From Henriciella sp. (GTDB lineage Bacteria > Pseudomonadota > Alphaproteobacteria > Caulobacterales > Hyphomonadaceae), in assembly GCA_965657655.1 (NCBI GenBank), contig CBFHPC010000001.1, forward strand, positions 8,678-72,677: a stretch of DNA of 64,000 nt. Direction: 5' to 3'. This document shows positions 1 to 10,878 of this stretch, piece after piece. The notes under the pieces are model-generated. The model made no database searches. It was not told where the DNA came from and worked only from the letters and a program-made list of their open reading frames with translations. Every line of letters starts with the position of its first letter. The first letter of the stretch is position 1. A program made the position numbers and the translations under genes.

Positions 1-588
1 CTTTCCCAGCATATCATTAAGATTGATCATCCCGACCGAACCAGATGCTCCGGGCATTTCAAACATCGGTGTTGCCGGCCCGCTATCAGCGAGGTCGATA
101 TCTACTTCTTTATCATCGATTTCGCCGTCTCTGAGTTTGCGCCGGAACACTTCCCGCGTCGAAGACTGCGCATTCGCACCCACTAAAGCATCGAGAAGTT
201 TTTCTTCGGCAACATCCCGTGCCTGATCTTGAACACCCTTGCGGCGCTCGTCTTTAATGAGCAGCACTGCCACTTCAATCAGATCACGAACTATCTGTTC
301 AACGTCGCGACCGACATAGCCAACTTCGGTGAATTTTGTGGCCTCGACCTTAAGAAACGGCGCATTGGCCAATTTTGCCAGACGTCTTGAGACTTCGGTT
401 TTGCCAACACCAGTCGGTCCGATCATCAGTATGTTCTTGGGTGTAATCTCATCCCTGATGTGTTCGGGGGCCTGCTTTCTGCGCCACCGGTTACGTAAAG
501 CTAGCGCAACCGCCCGTTTGGCATCTTTTTGACCGACAATATGACGGTCGAGTTCCGAGACGATCTCGGCGGGTGTAAGTGAAGACAT
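1..588 (-). CDS. hslU: ATP-dependent protease ATPase subunit HslU (5' part; runs off the window start)
   Basis: Manual translation from ATG at 588 gives [36 protein letters not shown], followed by Walker A GPTGVGKT and [17 protein letters not shown]. hslV lies upstream. Confidence 0.96.
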   Translation of the reverse strand, partial: MSSLTPAEIVSELDRHIVGQKDAKRAVALALRNRWRRKQAPEHIRDEITPKNILMIGPTGVGKTEVSRRLAKLANAPFLKVEATKFTEVGYVGRDVEQIVRDLIEVAVLLIKDERRKGVQDQARDVAEEKLLDALVGANAQSSTREVFRRKLRDGEIDDKEVDIDLADSGPATPMFEMPGASGSVGMINLNDMLGK

Positions 589-596
589 ATTTGACT

Positions 597-1730
597 CTAG
601 GCTGCTTCTGGAGGGAAGACACGGCTCCATATGCCGCCTCTCGGAAATAGAGTTAATATTACGCGCCGGCAACTCTTCCATCCTGCGCCCAGACAAATCA
701 CGCCGCTGCCGACTGGAACCGCGACGAGAATGAAAACAAGCATCCCGTCCATGCCAATTTCGTTCAGCACGGTTGACAGTGTCCAGATAAAAGTCAGCAG
801 ACTGGAGGCGATTAAGGCGCGGCGGTTCAGAGCGAGCGCAATAATCGCCAGAATGACGAGCGCAGACAGAAGTGCCAGGCTCTGCGCGACTGTATGGGGT
901 TCGACGGCTGTTTCAGAGAACAGTCCCGATCCGGTGAGGAGCATATTAATGCCGATAATCAGCTGGGGCGCCGCTGCCAGATGTAGCCAGAAAGCATAGT
1001 CTGATAGCCTGTTGAGACGGTATGGGTCACGCATATCAAAGCCGATGGCGACCAGCATCGTGGCGAGGCCGCTCAAGAGGGATATGCCGCCATTGAACCC
1101 TGTCACGCCATTGGTCAACATTGCGGCGCTGCTATAGGCCATACCAGTTGCGGCGAGCGCCGCGAGAAATAATGAGAATGGTAATCGGTAGCGGGCGAAT
1201 ATTCCCAGCGCAGCCATCACCGCCGTTGCAAAACACATCAGTGCGACGGGGCCAAATGGCGGGAAACTGTCCCAGACGTCCCCCTTCGGGTCGCCGAACA
1301 CCGAAATGAAGAAGTCCGCCGACCCGGTGGTGATCGCAAATACTGCAATGCTGGCTAAAAGCATGCTTGGAAGCAGCATGCGGCGATGTCTGCAAAAATA
1401 TTCCATCAGGCCGGTGGCGACGCCGGCAAAGAGAAGGCCGACAATTATGTCGCCATAGTGTTCGCCAATTTTCAGATATGTCGCAATTTCGGATACAATT
1501 TCGGCCAGGGGCAGCAGGCCAATAAACAAAATTGCTATCCCGATCGTAATAAATATATCATTGAAATTGGTAAGAAATTTGAGTGATTCACCCTCTTCAG
1601 GGCCACGGACAAAATCTTTGTCATCGTGTTGTTTCAGTCGTGACGACAAAAACGCTTCAAGTTTTGAAGCGTCCTCAGCTTTGATGATACCGGCATCAAC
1701 CGCATCCTCGAGATCGGCGGGTTCAAACAT
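597..1730 (-). CDS. Uncharacterised multi-pass membrane protein within the hslVU operon
   Basis: About 377 aa with roughly 10-11 hydrophobic segments. Start overlaps the hslV stop; ends 8 bp before hslU. Confidence 0.85.
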   Translation of the reverse strand: MFEPADLEDAVDAGIIKAEDASKLEAFLSSRLKQHDDKDFVRGPEEGESLKFLTNFNDIFITIGIAILFIGLLPLAEIVSEIATYLKIGEHYGDIIVGLLFAGVATGLMEYFCRHRRMLLPSMLLASIAVFAITTGSADFFISVFGDPKGDVWDSFPPFGPVALMCFATAVMAALGIFARYRLPFSLFLAALAATGMAYSSAAMLTNGVTGFNGGISLLSGLATMLVAIGFDMRDPYRLNRLSDYAFWLHLAAAPQLIIGINMLLTGSGLFSETAVEPHTVAQSLALLSALVILAIIALALNRRALIASSLLTFIWTLSTVLNEIGMDGMLVFILVAVPVGSGVICLGAGWKSCRRVILTLFPRGGIWSRVFPPEAA

Positions 1731-2280
1731 CAAGTACCTCTACGGTTAGGTTTGTGTTGGTGTAGACACAAATATCTGCAGCAACATTCATCGCCTTGCG
1801 GCCTAATGTTTCCGCGTCGGGCTCGTAGTCAAGCAATGCGCGTGCGGCCGATAGCGCATAGTTTCCGCCCGACCCGACAGCGACGACAGGATATTCGGGC
1901 TCGAGCACATCTCCCGCACCTGTAATCACCAGGGTTGTTTCACAATCGGCAACAATCAGCAGGGCCTCAAGTTTCTGCAGGTATTTTTCAGTTCGCCACT
2001 CTTTGGCCAGCTCCACCGCCGCACGTTGGAGCTGTTTCGGAAACCGCTCCAGTTTTTGCTCAAGCCGCTCAAACAGTGTAAAAGCATCCGCAGTGGCACC
2101 GGCGAAACCCGCCAGTATGGTGCCATCTCCGATGCGACGGACTTTCCGGGCATTGCCCTTCATAACGGTTTGTCCCATCGACACCTGGCCATCACTCATG
2201 ATGGCAAGCTGTGTCGCGGTCCTAACCGCCAGAATTGTTGTTCCATGCCAAAGTGAATTTTGCGTGTCAGAAGAGGTCAT
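1723..2280 (-). CDS. hslV: ATP-dependent protease peptidase subunit HslV
   Basis: HGTTILAVR (catalytic N-terminal Thr after processing), [35 protein letters not shown]. Start at 2280 or 2289. Confidence 0.97.
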   Translation of the reverse strand: MTSSDTQNSLWHGTTILAVRTATQLAIMSDGQVSMGQTVMKGNARKVRRIGDGTILAGFAGATADAFTLFERLEQKLERFPKQLQRAAVELAKEWRTEKYLQKLEALLIVADCETTLVITGAGDVLEPEYPVVAVGSGGNYALSAARALLDYEPDAETLGRKAMNVAADICVYTNTNLTVEVLDV

Positions 2281-2482
2281 AGGGGGCATTATCTGCCGTG
2301 CTGGTCAAAATTATGCAAGATAAATTGGAATGGTCCCAGACCGTTGGTCTGTCCGCAGATCAAACCGGGCCAAAATTGAACTTTTTTGGCAAGAGCGGTA
2401 TCTTAATTTTATCTGAAGACTATATGGCGTAGACTAATCAGCGGGCCGTGTGGTCCGATTGTAAAGGTGTTATCTGAAAACC

Positions 2483-3076
2483 ATGACAGACAGGACAGCA
2501 ACGGTTCTCCGTGAGACCAAAGAAACCAACATTTCTGTGAGCGTCAATCTCGACGGTACGGGGCAATGTAATATCGAAACCGGGATCGGTTTTTTCGACC
2601 ATATGCTTGAGGCATTTGGTCGGCATGCGTTTATCGATCTCAATGTTAGAACGGTAGGCGATCTCCATATTGACGGGCACCATACGGTTGAAGACACTGG
2701 CATAGTGATGGGGCAGGCAATTAAACAGGCGCTTGGTGATTTCGGTGGCATTACGCGATTTGGCCATGCCTATGTGCCGATGGACGAGACACTAAGCCGG
2801 GCGGCCGTTGATTTGTGCAAGCGGCCTTACACGGTCTGGCGCGTTAAATTCGATCGGGACAAGATTGGCGATATGGACACTGAACTGTTTCGCGAGTTCT
2901 TTTTCGCGCTGGCCGGAAATGGCGGCATGTGTCTGCATGTGGAAAACATTTACGGCGAAAACTGCCATCATATTGCCGAGAGTTGTTTCAAGGCGACCGC
3001 GAGAGCGTTGCGGATGGCTGTACAATCCGATGCTGCACTAGCAGGTGCTGCAGCGTCGACCAAAGGATCGCTTTAA
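2483..3076 (+). CDS. hisB: Imidazoleglycerol-phosphate dehydratase
   Basis: [38 protein letters not shown] motifs. Confidence 0.97.
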   Translation: MTDRTATVLRETKETNISVSVNLDGTGQCNIETGIGFFDHMLEAFGRHAFIDLNVRTVGDLHIDGHHTVEDTGIVMGQAIKQALGDFGGITRFGHAYVPMDETLSRAAVDLCKRPYTVWRVKFDRDKIGDMDTELFREFFFALAGNGGMCLHVENIYGENCHHIAESCFKATARALRMAVQSDAALAGAAASTKGSL

Positions 3077-3088
3077 CAGGATTTCTGA

Positions 3089-3730
3089 ATGTCCGAAATC
3101 GCATTGATCGACTACGGGTCGGGCAATCTCCACTCCGCAGCGCGGGCTTTGCGGGTCGCGGCGACGGCCTCCGGCGCCACGGCGCGTATCCGTATTACGT
3201 CGGATCCCGATCATGTTTACACTGCCGATCGCATCGTGCTTCCGGGTGTCGGACATTTTGCTGATTGCGCGGCGGGCTTGCGTCGTCTGGACGGAATGGT
3301 GGCGGCGTTATCCGAGGCGGTGATGCAGCGGGGCAAGCCGTTTTTCGGTATTTGTGTCGGCCAGCAATTACTGGCCAGTCAAGGTCTTGAAGATGGTGTG
3401 ACCGACGGGCTGAACTGGGTGCCCGGTACGGTTGACCGGATTGAACCCGGCCCCGGCTACCGGGTCCCGCATGTCGGCTGGAATGCTTTAGAGCTTTGCC
3501 AAGACCATGCCGTGACGCACGGCCTGGGCGAGGACCCCCATGTTTACTTCACACATTCTTACGCGTTTAAAGAGATTTCCGATCGCGACATTGCTGCACG
3601 GGTCGCCTATGGTCAGCCCATTATCGCAGCGATTGCCCGTGACAATATTTTCGCCACCCAGTTTCACCCGGAGAAAAGCCAGAAGATCGGACTTCAAATT
3701 TTGTCGAACTTTATAAAATGGCGGCCGTAA
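3089..3730 (+). CDS. hisH: Imidazole glycerol phosphate synthase glutaminase subunit
   Basis: [18 protein letters not shown] (catalytic Cys), QFHPEKS. Confidence 0.97.
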   Translation: MSEIALIDYGSGNLHSAARALRVAATASGATARIRITSDPDHVYTADRIVLPGVGHFADCAAGLRRLDGMVAALSEAVMQRGKPFFGICVGQQLLASQGLEDGVTDGLNWVPGTVDRIEPGPGYRVPHVGWNALELCQDHAVTHGLGEDPHVYFTHSYAFKEISDRDIAARVAYGQPIIAAIARDNIFATQFHPEKSQKIGLQILSNFIKWRP

Positions 3731-4461
3731 TGAGTTTTAAATTATATCCCGCTATTGACCTCAAACAGGGCGCATGCGTCCGGCTGCTGCGCGGCGATAT
3801 GGCGAAGGCGACCTCGTTTAATGACGATCCTGCCGACCAGGCGGCCCGGTTCAGTGCGGCCGGTTTTGAGTATCTCCATGTGGTCGATCTTGATGGCGCG
3901 TTTGCCGGAGACAGCGCCAATGGGGCCGCCGTTCGAAAGATTCTGGCCGCAACGAATGTGCCGGTGCAGCTTGGCGGCGGCATCCGGACCCGGGCCCAGA
4001 TTGAAGCATGGCTGGAAGCCGGTATTTCCCGGGTTATTCTCGGCACGGTGGCGTTGCGTGACCCGGCATTGGTAAAAGCCGCGGCACGGGCTTTGCCCGG
4101 CCGGATCGTTGTTGGGATTGATGCCAGGGACGGACATGTTGCCGTCGATGGCTGGGCAAAGACGAGCACAATGTTGGCGACCGATTTGGCGCGCGAGTTT
4201 GAAGATTGTGGCGTGGCGGCCCTGATCGTGACCGACATTGCCCGTGACGGCATGAAAACCGGCGTGAATGTCGGGTTCACCGGCGCCATGGCGTCGGCGG
4301 TCTCGGTCCCGGTCATTGCATCCGGGGGACTTGCCAGTCTTGATGATATTGTCGCTTTGCGTCAGCATAAATCGCTTCATCCGATTGCCGGGACAATACT
4401 CGGACGTGCTTTGTATGATGGCGATATAACTGCGCCGGCAGCCCTAAAGGCTGCCAGCTGA
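3730..4461 (+). CDS. hisA: ProFAR isomerase HisA
   Basis: [37 protein letters not shown] overlaps the hisH TAA. Confidence 0.96.
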   Translation: MSFKLYPAIDLKQGACVRLLRGDMAKATSFNDDPADQAARFSAAGFEYLHVVDLDGAFAGDSANGAAVRKILAATNVPVQLGGGIRTRAQIEAWLEAGISRVILGTVALRDPALVKAAARALPGRIVVGIDARDGHVAVDGWAKTSTMLATDLAREFEDCGVAALIVTDIARDGMKTGVNVGFTGAMASAVSVPVIASGGLASLDDIVALRQHKSLHPIAGTILGRALYDGDITAPAALKAAS

Positions 4462-4496
4462 TTATTTTATAGAGTCTGTTTTACAGCGAGCGACCC

Positions 4497-5162
4497 TTAG
4501 TCTTTAAAGGCGCTGAAGACATCGTCTGCTGACAGTTCGGACGCTTGCGGTTCGTCTTCTGCCTGTTGTTCGCTGTCTGCCGCCGACTGGAGGCCCGGGC
4601 CTTCTATAGTGGCGGCGCGCTCCAGATCCATTTTCCGACGGCGGTCTGACGCTTTCGAAATCACTTCATCGAGTTCAATCTGCGAGCACAGGCCGAGCGT
4701 GACCGGATCAACCGGGCGGATATTCTGGCTGTTCCAGTGCGACTTATCGCGAACATTATTGATCGTTGTTTTCGTAGTCCCGATCAGCTTTGAAATCTGC
4801 GCGTCGGTAACTTCGGGATGGTTGCGAATAAACCAAGCAATTGCATCGGGTTTATCGCTTCGCCGCGCGACGGGGGTATAGCGCGCGCCTTTTCTTTTGG
4901 GCTGAGGAATATGGGCGGTTTTAGATGGCGCCATTTTCATGCGGTAATCTTCGTCCGCCTCGGCCTTTTGAATCTCTTCCCGGGTCAGTTCGCCGCCTGA
5001 AATCGGATCGACGCCTCGCATGTTCTCCGCAACATCGCCGTCGGCAATGCCTTTCACTTCCAGGCGATGCAGGCCGCAGAAATCAGCTACCTGTTCGAAT
5101 GTCAGTGTTGTATTGTCAATCAACCAAACCGCGGTTGCCTTCGGCATCAATATGTCGGCCAC
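4497..5162 (-). CDS. trcR: DUF1013 family transcription/cell-cycle regulator (TrcR-like)
   Basis: LMPKATAVWLIDNTTLTFEQVADFCGLH and GARYTPVARRSDKPDAIAW signatures. GTG start at 5162 with AAGGAG RBS. Confidence 0.88.
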   Translation of the reverse strand: MADILMPKATAVWLIDNTTLTFEQVADFCGLHRLEVKGIADGDVAENMRGVDPISGGELTREEIQKAEADEDYRMKMAPSKTAHIPQPKRKGARYTPVARRSDKPDAIAWFIRNHPEVTDAQISKLIGTTKTTINNVRDKSHWNSQNIRPVDPVTLGLCSQIELDEVISKASDRRRKMDLERAATIEGPGLQSAADSEQQAEDEPQASELSADDVFSAFKD

Positions 5163-5256
5163 GCAAAACTCCTTGTCGACTAAGTCTAGAAACAATGCCG
5201 CCCGGCACTGCGTACCGGGCGAACAAAGCTGGGAACTTCTTCCCGATTAGGACCTG

Positions 5257-5284
5257 ATATAGTCATTCTTCAAATTTATGAAAG
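5257..5284 (-). promoter_or_regulatory. Putative promoter of trcR (CTTTCA-N16-CTATAT)
   Basis: Resembles the alphaproteobacterial CTTG..-N16/17-CTATAT promoter pattern; about 95 bp upstream of the start codon. Confidence 0.35.
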
Positions 5285-5285
5285 T

Positions 5286-6269
5286 CTAAGCCGCATTATT
5301 ACTTAGAAGAATTTTTCCGATATGTCCGCCAGCGCTCATCCGGGCGTGTGCGGTCTCGGCCTCAGCGAACGAATAGACTGAATCTATGATTGGTCTAATC
5401 GCGCCGCTGAGAACCGCCGGCCAGAAATCGCTCATAATCGCGTCCCTGATAATATTTTTATCGGCATCCGGCCGGGCGCGTAATGTTGATCCGGTGAGGG
5501 TCAACCGCTTTAACATGATTGGCATCAGATTGAGCTCGACCTTGTGCCCCTGCATGTAGGCAATATTGCAAATCCGCCCTTCTATTTTCGCAGCGGCGAT
5601 ATTTTTCTGCACATAATCGCCGCCAACCATATCCAGAATAACGTCGGCGCCGCCACGCTCTGTCACGATCGTCTCGAAATCATCTGTTTTGTAATTAATT
5701 GCCAGGTCAGCGCCAAGCGCTTCGGCGAAGGCGCATTTTTCGGCTGATCCGGCGGTGGCCATAATGTCTGCGATACCGGCATGGCGTGCCATTTGGATTG
5801 CCATTGTTCCGATGCCACTAGTGCCACCGTGAATTAACAGGGACTCGTTGGTATCGAGCCGGCAGCGATCAAACAGATTGACCCATACAGTCATCAGGGC
5901 TTCCGGCAGCGCGCCGGCCTGATCGAATGACATGTCGTCCGGGATGGCAAATAACGAGCCCTGGTCGACCAGCGCGAATTCTGCATATCCCCCGCCCGGT
6001 ATCAGGCCGCAAACCCGGTCGCCGACGGCCCAGCCAGTGACCTCCTCGCCAATTGCCGTAATTGTACCGGCACATTCCAGGCCGAGTATCTCCGAAGCGC
6101 CCGGCGGGGGCGGATAAAGGCCCATTCTCTGGATAAGGTCGGCACGATTGAGGGCCGCGGTCTCGACTTTGACAAGTACATTATGTGCGCCACAAGACGG
6201 CTTTTCGACAGTTCCAATTTTCAGGGATTTATCTTCTGTTATCGTTACCGCCCACATTGTCCCGGTCAT
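5286..6269 (-). CDS. NAD(P)H-quinone oxidoreductase (zeta-crystallin/PIG3 family, MDR)
   Basis: YPPPPGASEILGLECAG, IHGGTSGIG, LTGSTLRAR, HIGKILL. ATG at 6269 follows an AGGGAG RBS. Confidence 0.92.
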   Translation of the reverse strand: MTGTMWAVTITEDKSLKIGTVEKPSCGAHNVLVKVETAALNRADLIQRMGLYPPPPGASEILGLECAGTITAIGEEVTGWAVGDRVCGLIPGGGYAEFALVDQGSLFAIPDDMSFDQAGALPEALMTVWVNLFDRCRLDTNESLLIHGGTSGIGTMAIQMARHAGIADIMATAGSAEKCAFAEALGADLAINYKTDDFETIVTERGGADVILDMVGGDYVQKNIAAAKIEGRICNIAYMQGHKVELNLMPIMLKRLTLTGSTLRARPDADKNIIRDAIMSDFWPAVLSGAIRPIIDSVYSFAEAETAHARMSAGGHIGKILLSNNAA

Positions 6270-6352
6270 TCTGTTGCGCTCCCTGTATCTGTATTGATTG
6301 ATTTGTGTCTCATCGAACATTATTTTGTAAGTCTGCGATAGGTGCATAGACC

Positions 6353-6520
6353 ATGTTTGAAGAAGAACCAAAACCGATAATTAGCGTTGATCTTGAACGA
6401 TTATCAGTCGATGAGCTTGAGCAAAGGATACGCGACCTGAAGGCTGACATTGCGGCGTGCGAGCTCGAGCTGGACCGTAAGACGGCGCACAAATCGGCTG
6501 CGGACTCGTTGTTTGACTAA
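6353..6520 (+). CDS. DUF1192 family small coiled-coil protein (55 aa; not in the ORF track)
   Basis: Manual translation MFEEEPKPIISVDLERLSVDELEQRIRDLKADIAACELELDRKTAHKSAADSLFD. The DLxxLSVDELxxRI...AAxxLF pattern and position next to the quinone oxidoreductase are typical. Confidence 0.85.
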   Translation: MFEEEPKPIISVDLERLSVDELEQRIRDLKADIAACELELDRKTAHKSAADSLFD

Positions 6521-6626
6521 TTTTGCAAAAAGGCGCCTGCCGCCTGCCGCGAGTGTTCGGGCGATGCTGTAAAATTATGCCCTGCCCCTCATTTAGGAGT
6601 TTGCGGCCGGCAGATAGTATTGCTGA

Positions 6627-7670
<1,044 letters not shown>

Positions 7671-7684
7671 GTTGAATACCCGGT

Positions 7685-7716
7685 GCTGTCCGGTCGACCT
7701 TATCGGATCGGACAGC
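7685..7716 (+). terminator. Hairpin downstream of mdh (no U-tract)
   Basis: GCTGTCCGGTC...GATCGGACAGC inverted repeat 15 bp after the mdh stop. Confidence 0.4.
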
Positions 7717-7763
7717 TACCCTATATGGCTTTGCCATGTGCATGAATTGAAAAGCCGGCTGCC

Positions 7764-8276
7764 ATGACAGTCTTCTCGGCGATCAGCCCGGAAAAAGCTC
7801 TGGTGAAGACACTTTTATCCAGCGGTTATTTTGCGCGTCATTGTCTCGATCAGCATGATTATTTGCCATGGCTAAATGTGACAGCGGTTCTGGCGGCACA
7901 ACAGGCTGCAGCTCTGGCCTTGTCGGCTGTGGGTGATCTAATCCCCGAGCAATCCGGTGCGACTGAAATCCTGCTGCGTGCCACTTCGCCCGCCCGGCTG
8001 CCACCGCCATACACTTTGAACTTGTCGGCGACGAACCGACGCGCCTTTGATGGTCTGGTTGCGGCGCGGAATGCTTTCATGCACCCGCGTGCGCGGCCGT
8101 GGCACATGACGGCCCTGACGCTTTCGCGGGGCTTGCCGGTTGTATGCGATGCGGTGCGCCACCTGGTTATCATTCAGCCAGCCGTGCCCGACATGATTGC
8201 CCCGCCGGATGCTGCAATCATTGAAACCCAGATGGCTGATCTCGACGCACTGGCGGCGTTCCTGCTGGCGGATTAA
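7764..8276 (+). CDS. Hypothetical alpha-helical protein with a HEPN-like R-x4-H motif
   Basis: 170 aa ORF filling the mdh-rpsP gap; contains RNAFMHP at residues 102-108. Confidence 0.7.
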   Translation: MTVFSAISPEKALVKTLLSSGYFARHCLDQHDYLPWLNVTAVLAAQQAAALALSAVGDLIPEQSGATEILLRATSPARLPPPYTLNLSATNRRAFDGLVAARNAFMHPRARPWHMTALTLSRGLPVVCDAVRHLVIIQPAVPDMIAPPDAAIIETQMADLDALAAFLLAD

Positions 8277-8304
8277 AAAAGGCCCGGGGTATTCCCGAGC
8301 CTTT
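8275..8304 (-). terminator. Rho-independent terminator of rpsP (possibly bidirectional)
   Basis: Minus strand reads GGCTCGGG-AATAC-CCCGGGCC followed by TTTTTT, between convergent genes. Confidence 0.75.
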
Positions 8305-8346
8305 CTGATTACGTATCGCTCAAGCGATGAAAAATGGCGAGATGGT

Positions 8347-8847
8347 TTACGCCTCTTCGCCGTCTGCCTCGGCAGCTGCATCGGCCTCGCCTTCGGCGGC
8401 GGCTTCAGCCGCCGCAGCTTCGGCTGCCTTGGCTTCTTCAGCAGCAGCTTTCGCAGCGGCCTCGGTTTCAGCTTCGGCTTCCTTGCGAGCGGCTTCTTTT
8501 TCGGCTTTCTCTTCAATGCGTTCCTTGGCTTTCGCGCCCGGTTCGCCTTTTTGCGGGTTGTTGCCTTTTTCCCAGCCATAAACCGGCTGTGATTCGCCCT
8601 CTAATGTGATCTGGCTGAGGAAGCGCGCGACCCGGTCTGTCGGCTGCGCACCCTTCTTGATCCACTCGGCGGCTTTCTGCCCGTCAAGTTTAACCCGAAG
8701 GTCGCTATCTTTTGGCTGACGGGGGTCATAGGTGCCGATTTTTTCAATGAAGCGACCATCGCGTGGCATCCGGCTGTCAGCCACAACAACACTGTAAAAA
8801 GGACGCTTTTTTGACCCACCACGGGCGAGTCGGATTTTAAGAGGCAT
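8347..8847 (-). CDS. rpsP: 30S ribosomal protein S16 with an acidic Ala/Glu-rich C-terminal tail
   Basis: [48 protein letters not shown]. Confidence 0.98.
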   Translation of the reverse strand: MPLKIRLARGGSKKRPFYSVVVADSRMPRDGRFIEKIGTYDPRQPKDSDLRVKLDGQKAAEWIKKGAQPTDRVARFLSQITLEGESQPVYGWEKGNNPQKGEPGAKAKERIEEKAEKEAARKEAEAETEAAAKAAAEEAKAAEAAAAEAAAEGEADAAAEADGEEA

Positions 8848-8870
8848 ATCAGGTTTCCTTAGAGTTTTGT

Positions 8871-9209
8871 TTATTCTGTTTTGTTTTTTGGGTCTTCTTC
8901 ACGTAATTGTTCGTGATGGCGGATAACTTCCACAACGATGAAATTTAGGAATTTTTCTGCGAAGGCTGGGTCGAGGCCGCTTATAGATGCCAGGTGACGT
9001 AATCGTTCGATCTGCTTTTGCTCGCGCGCTTTGTCGGCCGGTGGTAAATCATTCTTGGCTTTCAGCACACCAACGGCATGGGTTACTTTGAACCGCTCTG
9101 CCAGTGTGTGCAGGAGTATGGCATCGAGATTATCAATGCTCGCGCGCAAGCGTTGTAGCTGTTGCATGGCATCCTCGGGTGTGATTGGCGGGGTATTGGA
9201 CTGGCTCAT
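8871..9209 (-). CDS. Chorismate mutase (AroQ type)
   Basis: [23 protein letters not shown]...LPPADKARE...[14 protein letters not shown]; the usual alphaproteobacterial position between ffh and rpsP. Confidence 0.92.
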   Translation of the reverse strand: MSQSNTPPITPEDAMQQLQRLRASIDNLDAILLHTLAERFKVTHAVGVLKAKNDLPPADKAREQKQIERLRHLASISGLDPAFAEKFLNFIVVEVIRHHEQLREEDPKNKTE

Positions 9210-10693
9210 TTCTTGGGCCCTCCAAGACCGGGCAAGCCGGCGCCGCCAAGACCCGGAAGGCCGCTGGCCGGATGAGAACCGCCAAGACCGGGCAAGCTGC
9301 CGCCATTCATGTTTTGACCCATTTTAGCGAGATCGCCCGGCGACACGCCGGCCCCGGCCATCGCTCCCAGCATGCCTTTCATGCCACCTTTTGACATTTT
9401 CTTCATCATATCGGCCATTTGCCGATGCATTTTCAAAACCTTGTTAACGTCGGAAACCTGGACGCCTGCCCCGGCGGCGATCCGCTTCCGGCGTGATGCG
9501 TTCAGCAAAGCCGGCTTTGATCTCTCCGACAGGGTCATTGAAGAGATGATTGCTTCCTGTCGTTTAAGGACGCCGTCATCAAGATTGGCCGATGCCATGG
9601 CCTGTTTTGCTTTCTTGGCGCCTGGCAGCATTCCGACAATACCGCCAAGGCCGCCCATTTTCTGCATTTGCTGGAGCTGCTGCGCCAGATCGTTCAGGTC
9701 AAACTGACCCTTCGACATTTTCTTGGCGAGCTTTTCGGCATCGGCCTTGTCCATTTGGTCACTGGCTTTTTCAACCAGTGAAACAATATCGCCCTGTCCA
9801 AGTATCCGTCCCGCGAGCCGGCGGGCATCAAAACTGTCCAGACCGTCAATTTTCTCGCCAGTCCCGAGGAATTTTATTGGTAGGCCGGTTACAGCCCGCA
9901 TGGACAGGGCGGCGCCGCCGCGGCCGTCGCCATCCATTCGGGTCAGAACCAGGCCGGTCAGAGGCAGACGTTGATGGAAGCGCTCGGCAGTTTCAACAGC
10001 ATCCTGACCTGTCAGGGCATCCGCAACCAGCAATGTTTCATTCGGTGTCGCGATTTTTGCGATCTCGCCGGCTTCCGCCATCATCTGTTCATCAATGGTG
10101 GTCCGGCCGGCAGTATCCAGAAAGACAACATCATGACCGCCAAGCTTCGCGGCCTGGACGGCCCGCCGCGCAATTTCAGGTGGGCTCTGATTGGCAATAA
10201 TCGGCAGCGACGTTACCAGCGGGTCGCATTGGTCTGCCAGAATTGCCAATTGCTCCATTGCGGCCGGCCGTCTCGTATCAAGCGACGCCAGCAGCACCTT
10301 CTTTTTATCTTTCTTGGCAATGTGCTGCGCAAGTTTGGCCGTTGTTGTCGTTTTACCCGACCCTTGCAGGCCTGCCATCATAATGATTGCGGGCGGATTA
10401 TCGATGCGAAATTTTGCGTCGGTTTCGGCCCCGCCGAGCAGCTCGACCAGGCCGTCATGAACGATTTTTACCACTTGCTGGCCGGGCTTGACTGCTCTTA
10501 CGACTTTTTCGCCAACTGCTTCCGGACGGATATTGTCGATAAATTTTTTGACAACCGGGAGGGCGACATCAGCTTCAATCAATGCCACGCGGATTTCACG
10601 CAAGGCGGCGTTGACATCTTTTTCACTGAGTGCGCCGCGGCCAAGCAAGCCGTCAAAGACGCCACCTAAGCGATCACTTAAAGCCTCAAACAT
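9206..10693 (-). CDS. ffh: Signal recognition particle protein Ffh
   Basis: MFEALSDRL, GLQGSGKTTT, DTAGR, DGDGRGGAALS, Met-rich M domain. Start placed at ATG 10693. Confidence 0.98.
   Translation of the reverse strand: MFEALSDRLGGVFDGLLGRGALSEKDVNAALREIRVALIEADVALPVVKKFIDNIRPEAVGEKVVRAVKPGQQVVKIVHDGLVELLGGAETDAKFRIDNPPAIIMMAGLQGSGKTTTTAKLAQHIAKKDKKKVLLASLDTRRPAAMEQLAILADQCDPLVTSLPIIANQSPPEIARRAVQAAKLGGHDVVFLDTAGRTTIDEQMMAEAGEIAKIATPNETLLVADALTGQDAVETAERFHQRLPLTGLVLTRMDGDGRGGAALSMRAVTGLPIKFLGTGEKIDGLDSFDARRLAGRILGQGDIVSLVEKASDQMDKADAEKLAKKMSKGQFDLNDLAQQLQQMQKMGGLGGIVGMLPGAKKAKQAMASANLDDGVLKRQEAIISSMTLSERSKPALLNASRRKRIAAGAGVQVSDVNKVLKMHRQMADMMKKMSKGGMKGMLGAMAGAGVSPGDLAKMGQNMNGGSLPGLGGSHPASGLPGLGGAGLPGLGGPKK
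9221..9300 (-). repeat. Imperfect coding repeats (LPGLGG x3) in the Ffh C-terminal tail
   Basis: CCAAGACCGGGCAAGC-like units recur three times. Confidence 0.7.
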
Positions 10694-10750
10694 ACCCTTA
10701 CTCCCGTTCCAGTGGCCGGTGCCAAATGGACTTTGACCTAATCCGACAAC

Positions 10751-10818
10751 ACGAAAACGACCCACTGAGCGAAACGTCGCCGAGTGGGGGATATCGCTGG
10801 GGTCGCGCCCCGGTCAAC
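10751..10818 (-). ncRNA. Structured ffh 5' leader (resembles the alphaproteobacterial ffh cis-regulatory RNA)
   Basis: Minus strand has a GGGG-CGCGA-CCCC hairpin, then a CCCACT-CG-GCGA-CGTT-TCGC-TC-AGTGGG hairpin and TCGTTTTCGT, about 60-125 nt upstream of ffh. Confidence 0.65.
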
Positions 10819-10878
10819 ATTCGCGTTTCGTGCTCGCGGATTGCAGGCCGTAAAGCACGTGTACGCCTTTGGTGCAAG

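Noticed and set aside
3742-4380. Long antisense or alternate-frame ORFs over housekeeping genes (also 9971-10669, 33214-33822, 51093-51695, 55969-56631)
   Set aside because: They shadow well-supported genes, show no recognisable motifs, and are expected from GC-rich codon usage.
8347-8520. Low-complexity GCN/GAR-rich repeats at the end of rpsP, and the basic 7938-8579 ORF
   Set aside because: These encode the Ala/Glu-rich S16 tail common in alphaproteobacteria; the basic ORF is its alternate frame.
9221-9300. Short direct repeats that could suggest a mini CRISPR array
   Set aside because: They are in-frame LPGLGG repeats of Ffh, too short and irregular, and no cas genes are present.
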